This document shows positions 58,506 to 64,000 of a stretch of 64,000 bases of DNA, in pieces. This DNA is from Klebsiella pneumoniae (lineage in GTDB: Bacteria; Pseudomonadota; Gammaproteobacteria; Pseudomonadales; UBA5518): the NCBI GenBank assembly GCA_945862145.1, contig CAMAXE010000002.1, positions 165-64,164 of the forward strand, read 5' to 3'. Numbering within the stretch: position 1 is the first letter of the stretch; each line of letters begins with the position of its first letter. The position numbers were made by a program, and so were the translations under genes. The notes below the pieces were generated by a model that was given only the letters and a program-made list of their open reading frames with translations, was not told the DNA's origin and did not search any database.

Positions 58506-59593
58506 GCGAGGCTCCGCCCGTTCCCGAAACTCCGCCGGCGCTCAGACTGGTGCTGCACGTGGGGGATGGCAAGACGGGCACCAGTTCCATCCAGCAGACT
58601 TTGCGCGAACAGCCTGAGAAGCTCCGTCGCCACGGTTTCCGGTATCTGGGTTTGATGCTCGAATTCGCGCCCGTGATCCATTATCACTGGCAGGATCCGC
58701 GTCGCGCAGAGGTTTTCTTGCGACTCGATCGCTCGCTCGCCACGCAACAGTTGCTGGAGGTACTGCATGATGCGATTGCGTCGGCCCGTGCCGATGGGAT
58801 CCACACGCTTCTCTGGAGCAACGAGGCGTTCTTCGGTCGTATGGTAAATATTGATAGCTGTCTCGAGGTTCTTCAATCCGAGGGCATAGAGCTTTCGTTG
58901 GTGGCCTATGTGCGGCGCCATGACGCCTGGCTGCGTTCGGCGTATTCCCAATGGGGAATCAGGAATAAGACCTATCAGGGGCCGCTGAAGCCCTTCCGCG
59001 AGTGGTTCGGGATGCGAAAAAAGCGCTTTGTTCCTGCCTTGGCGGGCCTCGAAAAACGTTTTCCCGGATGCCTGCGCGTGCGCAATATGGACTCCCTGGG
59101 CGACACTCTCGCGGATTTTATCGGATTGGTCGGGCTTTCCGGCTGCGGGCTCACCATGCGCCGTCGCAACGAGGCTGCCGTGGGGGCAGAACTCGTGCTG
59201 CGTGCGGCGCTCAACAATCTTTTTGACGGCCACGTCACTCCCTATAGATTTGCCGAGTTGTTGGGGAAGGGGTTGACGTTCAACACGACCGCCGCCGAGC
59301 GACTTCAGGCGCTGCTGCCCGGGTTGGACGAGCTGCGTGGAGCGCGAGATCAGTGCAACGCGGATCGCGAGGCGCTCGATCAGATTCTCGCCGCTCACGA
59401 TCAGCCCCCGATCATGCTAGGCGAGCTCCCGCCGAAGCCGGTCGACGTGAACGAATCCGCGCTGCTGTTGACGTTGTGCGACATTGTGCTCAGGCAAGCA
59501 GTGCGTATCGAGGCGCTCGAGAAACAAATGCCCTCGCTGCTTGCGGGTGCGCCTCCGCCACCCGGGTCCGATGGGAGGTCGGCAGATGCCTGA
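58502..59593 (+). CDS. sulfotransferase-fold protein, paralog 1 (putative polysaccharide sulfotransferase)
   Basis: LVLHVGDGKTGTSSIQ (P-loop resembling the PAPS 5'-phosphosulfate loop), WSNEAFF, and AYVRRHDAWLRSAY (3'-phosphate-type segment). ATGA overlap with the GT4 gene. Confidence 0.6.
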   Translation: MSEAPPVPETPPALRLVLHVGDGKTGTSSIQQTLREQPEKLRRHGFRYLGLMLEFAPVIHYHWQDPRRAEVFLRLDRSLATQQLLEVLHDAIASARADGIHTLLWSNEAFFGRMVNIDSCLEVLQSEGIELSLVAYVRRHDAWLRSAYSQWGIRNKTYQGPLKPFREWFGMRKKRFVPALAGLEKRFPGCLRVRNMDSLGDTLADFIGLVGLSGCGLTMRRRNEAAVGAELVLRAALNNLFDGHVTPYRFAELLGKGLTFNTTAAERLQALLPGLDELRGARDQCNADREALDQILAAHDQPPIMLGELPPKPVDVNESALLLTLCDIVLRQAVRIEALEKQMPSLLAGAPPPPGSDGRSADA

Positions 59594-60401
59594 GGCGCAG
59601 GGCGTCCCGTCGCGGCCCGTTTTCGTGATATCCAGTGGGCGCTCGGGTAGTACGCTGGTGCAGAGGCTGCTCAATTGTCACCGCGGGCTCGTCGTTTGGG
59701 GGGAGCACTTCGGATTTTTGGAGGCGGCAGCGAGCGCGTTGGCGCACATGCATAACCCCGAGCAAAAGCATTACCCCATGAGTCCTGTCTCCAACCGGGG
59801 GCTGGCTCACCTCCAGCGTGGACTGAGCGATCCGGCCGCTGCGCTTGAATGGGTCAATCCCTGGTCTGCGGAGGAATACGCGCAGCAGCTGCGGTCTTTT
59901 ACGGAGGGATATTTCGCCGCTCGCGTTCCGGCAGGCCGGCGATGGGGTTTCAAGGAGATTCGCTATAACGGCATGGCTTCGCTGCGCGGACTGATGTTGC
60001 TCTATCCACACGGCCGTTTTGTTTTCGTGCAACGGGACATCGTCGAGGTGACGCGCAGCAAGGTCTACGCCTTCGTCAAGGAATCTAACTGGGTCCAGCT
60101 CTCCCCGGCGCAGCAGCGCCATCGCCTGCGAGGGATGCTGGTCGAAGTACACAGGCACTATCAGGTTTACGACCGGTTCATGCGTCGCTACCCCGGTGTG
60201 GGATTGCGCCTCGATTATGAAACCCTTTTGGCTGCGCCCGACACGGAGATCGCGCGGGTGTTGGCTCATCTTGAGCTTGATCCGTCAGCCTTTGATGGCG
60301 TGCTTGCCGAACAGGTAATGGCCAGCACCATCACCAGCACCCGCCGCGATGAGGGGCTGCTAAGGATGATCCGTGAGGTGCTGGCTCAACTGCCGTCATG
60401 A
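59586..60401 (+). CDS. sulfotransferase family protein
   Basis: PVFVISSGRSGSTLVQRLL (classical PSB loop), FVFVQRDIVEVTRSKV (3'PB-type), about 270 aa. GGGAGG RBS. The start overlaps the previous stop (ATGCCTGA). Confidence 0.8.
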   Translation: MPEAQGVPSRPVFVISSGRSGSTLVQRLLNCHRGLVVWGEHFGFLEAAASALAHMHNPEQKHYPMSPVSNRGLAHLQRGLSDPAAALEWVNPWSAEEYAQQLRSFTEGYFAARVPAGRRWGFKEIRYNGMASLRGLMLLYPHGRFVFVQRDIVEVTRSKVYAFVKESNWVQLSPAQQRHRLRGMLVEVHRHYQVYDRFMRRYPGVGLRLDYETLLAAPDTEIARVLAHLELDPSAFDGVLAEQVMASTITSTRRDEGLLRMIREVLAQLPS

Positions 60402-60857
60402 GTCGGGTTCGCGATCTCCGGTGCGACAAGCAAGGGGGTCTGCTGCGTTCATGATGTTCGGGTGCGATGTGCAAGCTATCCGGGGCAACGGGTTAATGAT
60501 GGTTCTCGCCAGGTCTGGACGCGTGTCTGCCGGATGGCCTCTGGCAGGTATAAGTAGAAATTCGAGCTCTTCTTGGTCTCGACTGGGATCGTGTCCTGCA
60601 CTTTGAGTGTGCTGGGCTGACCGGATGCTGAGCCGTGCGCGACTTCTGTTCTCGCCTTGGGATAAACTTCGGCGAGGGGCCTCGCGTATTCCTGATGAAA
60701 AGCGGCGACTGCCGTCTGTGTGAGTACCAAGTAGCGGTAGTTCGATGTGGCTTCCCGAGAGGCTATCAGTGCCCGGTGTCGCACGGTCGCGAAGACCGCC
60801 CCAAACGAGCTGCTGCAGCCAATCAAATATTTTCAAATCAAACTGGAGGAGCGACGT

Positions 60858-61133
60858 ATGAACATCACCGATTTCGTAGCGGCCGTGGTTGCGGGCGGCG
60901 CAGCGGGACTCGACAAGGTTCCGGAGAAGCGGCTTACGCAAGTGGTCGTGGCCACACTGCGGACGCTCGGCGCGCAGATCGATGCCGCCCCCGAAGGTGA
61001 GACGGTACGCGTTCCGGCTCTGGGCAGTTTCACGGCCAAGGACGTCACCAACAAGGATGGTCGAATGGTGCGCCGCGTGCAGTTTCGTCGCGCGGCATCG
61101 AAGCCGAACGATGCGGCTCCCAATGCGACGTGA
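60858..61133 (+). CDS. small HU/IHF-fold-like protein (putative DNA-binding), 91 aa
   Basis: Strong GGAGGAG RBS 7 nt upstream of the ATG. MNITDFVAAVVAGGAAGLDKVPEKRLTQVVVATLRTLGAQIDAAPEGETVRVPALGSFTAKDV...VRRVQFRRA follows the HU layout: helix-turn-helix body, then G-x-V-x-[LV]-x-G-x-G-x-F and a shortened beta-arm. Confidence 0.5.
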   Translation: MNITDFVAAVVAGGAAGLDKVPEKRLTQVVVATLRTLGAQIDAAPEGETVRVPALGSFTAKDVTNKDGRMVRRVQFRRAASKPNDAAPNAT

Positions 61134-61187
61134 GCAGCTGCCGCATCCTCGCTCGATGGGAGGATCGCACATGACCGTCATTCGTCC

Positions 61188-62219
61188 ATGATCTACGCTC
61201 AAGATGGCCGCGAGGCACGAAGTCGGTTGTTCTTGCATATAGGCATGAACAAGACCGGAAGCTCTGCCATTCAGCGGTGGCTTGCTGCGAATGCGGGAAA
61301 ACTCGCTGTTGCGGGTGTCTTGTACCCGCTAGCCGGGCGCCGAGGTGATGCTCATTACGGGCTCAGCCAAGCTCTCGGCTTCGCTCATGGAAGGCGAGTG
61401 CCGGACCAGCTCGAACTCGCGGCGTTGCGTGATGGGCTGCTCCGCGAGCTGTCGCAGCACCCGACCGGTAATGTGGTCCTCAGCTCTGAGGACTTCGTGC
61501 TTGGGGGTGACCCTGCCGTCGTTCGCGATTTTCTGGCCGAGTTCGACGTGCGTGTCGTGGTGTACTTCAGGCGGCACGACCACTGGTGGCTTTCGGTCTA
61601 CAATCAGGCGGTGAAAATGGTCGCGGAGCCGCCGTGGGAGAGTGGCATTCAAGCCTACCTCGCGTTTTGCCGCTCGCGGCGCAATCGCCCGGGGCGCTAC
61701 CGCGCGCTTGTGGACCGCTGGGCAGCTGTGTTTGGCGCTGACCGTGTGATCGTGCGGCCCTTCGAACAGGCGCAGAACCCCGGCGGTGTGGCTTCGGATT
61801 TCCTGCGTGCGATCGGGCAGGAAGAGCTTTCCTTAGAGGCGGCGAGTTCTCCGGAATGGGTGAATGCCTCTCTGGGTGCAGAGACCCTGCAGGTGCTCGA
61901 TCTGCTTCAGCGCGCCGAGCTTGATTCCGACTCGCGTGAATTACTAAAGCAGCGGCTCTTGGTTGCCGGTGCAGGCGAAGCCCCTGCAAATCTGATGCGG
62001 CCGCGGCTGCGTCGCCGGCTGATCGACGAAAACCTCGGCGACTATGAGTATATTGCCCGGCGTTATCTGGGGCGGGATGACGGGGTTCTGTTCCAGGAGC
62101 CGATACCTGACCGGATGAACCCTGGGAAGCGCCCGGACAGCCAAGCAGAGCCCGTCTCGTCACGCTCATTGCCAGGCTCATGGCGCAGTGAGACCGGTCT
62201 CTTGCACGCCGACAGGTGA
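61188..62219 (+). CDS. sulfotransferase-fold protein, paralog 2
   Basis: LFLHIGMNKTGSSAIQ, LSSEDFV and VVYFRRHDHWWLSVY. Same architecture as 58502-59593. Confidence 0.6.
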   Translation: MIYAQDGREARSRLFLHIGMNKTGSSAIQRWLAANAGKLAVAGVLYPLAGRRGDAHYGLSQALGFAHGRRVPDQLELAALRDGLLRELSQHPTGNVVLSSEDFVLGGDPAVVRDFLAEFDVRVVVYFRRHDHWWLSVYNQAVKMVAEPPWESGIQAYLAFCRSRRNRPGRYRALVDRWAAVFGADRVIVRPFEQAQNPGGVASDFLRAIGQEELSLEAASSPEWVNASLGAETLQVLDLLQRAELDSDSRELLKQRLLVAGAGEAPANLMRPRLRRRLIDENLGDYEYIARRYLGRDDGVLFQEPIPDRMNPGKRPDSQAEPVSSRSLPGSWRSETGLLHADR

Positions 62220-62225
62220 CTTGCC

Positions 62226-63335
62226 GTGACTCTGCGTTGTGTCCTGCATGTGGGAATGCCCAAATGTGGCAGCAGTGCCTTGCAGACGGCGTTGTCACTC
62301 AATCCCGAACTGTCGCCGATCGGCGCTGCGCCCGGTGCAAGGTACATGGCGCTGCGGGCCTCAGGCGATCTGATTTTCGGGCCTGAGGTGCTTGCCCGGG
62401 CGGTCGAGACCCCATGTGGTTACCTCGCGAGCGCCCGACTGTCTCAACTCGCGGCACTTGGGGATCGCGCTCTGCGACGCATCGGCGAGGAAATGACCTG
62501 TGCCGCTGCAGGGTCCGTGGTCGTGTTGTCCAGAGAAGGTTGGGGCAATGGGTCGCGGGGCTTTCAGGAGCAAAGAATCCTCCAACGGCTTGGTCTGGAG
62601 GTCGAGGTGGTGATGTACGTCAGGCCACAAGTCGCCTGCTGCAACTCGGCCTGGTGGCAGTGGGGAGCCTGGGGCGGAGCGCCTTTGCCGCGTTGGGTGA
62701 AAGGCCACGTCGAGCGTGTGCAGTGGGGGCAGGTGGCGCGAGCGTGGGCGGAGGTTCCGGGCGTGCTGGCCGTGCGTCCGCGCCTGCTGCCAAGCAATAT
62801 CGTTGCTGATTTTTGTGCGCTGCTTGGCGTTGCGGCCCCGGGTGAGGCGGTCGTCAACCCTGGCCTTTCGGGGTCGGTACTTCGTTTGTTTCAGCGTCAT
62901 CGCAGTCTGCGCCCGGGGCCCCAAGATTCCGCTATCGAGTTCGCACTAGGCCGTCATCTCCAGTACGCGGGCGAGCCCACGCCGTGGGTGCTCGGTCCAG
63001 GTTTGGTGCGCCGCATCATCGACGGCTGTCGTGTGAGCAACGAAGCCCTGCTTGATCTCATGGATCCGGCGGATGCGCAACGGATGCGGGCTGATCCCGC
63101 TTGGTGGTCTGCTGCACACTGGGCCGGGCGTGACGTCCTGCCCTGGCAGGTGCCCGCTGCGGAAGCCTCTGAGAGCGATGCGCTTGCGGCAGCTGCCATC
63201 GCAGCGTTGCAACGACTCGATAAATCACACCGTGAATTGCTTGCCCAAGCCGTGCGTCAGGTTCCTGTAAACGCCGAACAGGGCGCGGTAACGTCTCTGC
63301 TTAGCCTGTTCGGGAGAGGCCGGCGAGATGGCTGA
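62226..63335 (+). CDS. sulfotransferase-fold protein, paralog 3
   Basis: GTG start. CVLHVGMPKCGSSALQ, LSREGW and VMYVRPQVACCNSAW. The most divergent of the three paralogs. Confidence 0.55.
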   Translation: MTLRCVLHVGMPKCGSSALQTALSLNPELSPIGAAPGARYMALRASGDLIFGPEVLARAVETPCGYLASARLSQLAALGDRALRRIGEEMTCAAAGSVVVLSREGWGNGSRGFQEQRILQRLGLEVEVVMYVRPQVACCNSAWWQWGAWGGAPLPRWVKGHVERVQWGQVARAWAEVPGVLAVRPRLLPSNIVADFCALLGVAAPGEAVVNPGLSGSVLRLFQRHRSLRPGPQDSAIEFALGRHLQYAGEPTPWVLGPGLVRRIIDGCRVSNEALLDLMDPADAQRMRADPAWWSAAHWAGRDVLPWQVPAAEASESDALAAAAIAALQRLDKSHRELLAQAVRQVPVNAEQGAVTSLLSLFGRGRRDG

Positions 63336-64000
63336 TGCCCAAGGTCCCGATGAGCTTTCTCCGGGCTAGCCTCCGCCGCGTGGTGGGGCTGCGCGCCGCA
63401 GCCAAGACCTTGCCTGCCACGGGGCCGCTGCCTGGCCATCCTGGACGATCGCTGACCGTACTGTCGCCAGGGGTTATCCCGAGTACTGACTATTACTTCC
63501 GCTCACGCTTGGATCCAGGCGTGCCACTGCGCATCGTGGACACACTGGCTCAGCGCCCGCAGCGCGGGGATCTTGACGGCTGTGATGTGGTGGTCGTGCG
63601 TCATGCCCCTGCTGACTGGCTGCGCTTGCTTGCTCGCGAACGCAGTGCGCTTGGTCGGGTTGTGTTGTTCATGGATGACGATCTTCCTGCGGCGGTGACC
63701 GCAGAGGATCTGCCTTTGCGATATGCGCTGCGAACGTCCTGGCGTCACGCCCTGACGTGCCGATTGCTGAGCGGAGTCTGCGATCAGATCTGGGTGTCGA
63801 CTCCCGAATTGCGGCGTCGCTATGGCCAGTTTGGCGTGCAGTTGTTGCCGCCGCTATGGTTTGAGGCAGGTGCTGTGGATCCGGCGTTGGCCGAACCCGT
63901 GGGACAGGACTGGTTCTACCACGGTACCGCGGCGCATCGACGCGAGATCGAGTGGCTGTTGCCCATCGTTCGGGAGGTGCAGGATGCGCTGCCGCAGGCT
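63335..64000 (+). CDS. hypothetical protein (5' part only; runs off the window), possibly a further polysaccharide-modifying enzyme
   Basis: Absent from the ORF track because it has no stop in the window. My own translation from ATG 63335 (overlapping the previous TGA) is open for 222 codons to position 64000: MPKVPMSFLRASLRRVVGL...VVVVRHAPADWLRLL...VLFMDDDLPAA...IWVSTPELRRRYG...WFYHGTAAHRREIEWLLPIVREVQ. Confidence 0.6.
   Translation, partial: MPKVPMSFLRASLRRVVGLRAAAKTLPATGPLPGHPGRSLTVLSPGVIPSTDYYFRSRLDPGVPLRIVDTLAQRPQRGDLDGCDVVVVRHAPADWLRLLARERSALGRVVLFMDDDLPAAVTAEDLPLRYALRTSWRHALTCRLLSGVCDQIWVSTPELRRRYGQFGVQLLPPLWFEAGAVDPALAEPVGQDWFYHGTAAHRREIEWLLPIVREVQDALPQA

Noticed and set aside
60476-60826. 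116-codon minus-strand ORF inside the mid-locus spacer. By hand count, about two-thirds of third positions are G/C, higher than the local GC.
   Set aside because: Its only start is a TTG, 32 nt from the divergent HU-like gene, with no SD. There is no internal Met and I recognise no family. I cannot exclude a real small gene, so it deserves a BLAST/ribo-seq check but not a feature call.
1-64000. Defence systems, toxin-antitoxin pairs, CRISPR arrays, IS elements, integrases or prophage genes, including at the capsule-locus border.
   Set aside because: None of the credible ORFs shows nuclease/ATPase/methylase defence architectures, transposase or integrase motifs. No spaced direct-repeat array was seen. 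The only repeats are the intragenic and amtB-tail repeats reported above.

Overview
High-GC (about two-thirds G+C by eye) gammaproteobacterial chromosomal segment. I could not recognise any rRNA, tRNA, CRISPR, IS, integrase or phage genes. Positions 1-47.6 kb form a tightly packed housekeeping backbone. From memory, its gene order resembles Pseudomonas/Marinobacter-type genomes: uspA-like/slt, topA, lexA with a perfect SOS box, MTA phosphorylase, csiV-like, mfd, gap, apbE, ugpQ-like, DAHP synthase, pilZ, lolCDE, comEC, xseA, rsmE, rimO. This part also carries lipid and acyl-CoA genes (KstD-like flavoprotein, thiolase, FabY-type KAS, crotonase) and amtB. Three c-di-GMP components are present: EAL-HDOD, PilZ, and a 1263-aa MASE1-CHASE-PAS-GGDEF-EAL sensor. 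There is also an orphan cheW-cheY-cheR-cheD module with no cheA, cheB or MCP. The last 16.4 kb (47.6-64 kb) is an accessory-looking ABC-transporter-dependent (kpsMTED-type) capsule/EPS locus with visibly more A/T-ending codons. It encodes two large multidomain glycosyltransferases containing internal repeats, a GT4 enzyme, four sulfotransferase-fold genes (three are divergent paralogs I cannot assign to a named family), a small HU/IHF-like ORF in a lower-GC spacer, and a further gene running off the window. The candidate novel biology is a multiply sulfated capsule pathway. Smaller oddities: slt has an intact signal peptide but only a CTG in the usual ATGA stop/start overlap; the amtB 3' end is triplicated; an alpha/beta-hydrolase gene appears internally deleted and frameshifted; a start-less coding relic lies upstream of rimO. 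All functional calls come from reading the translations. No database search was run.
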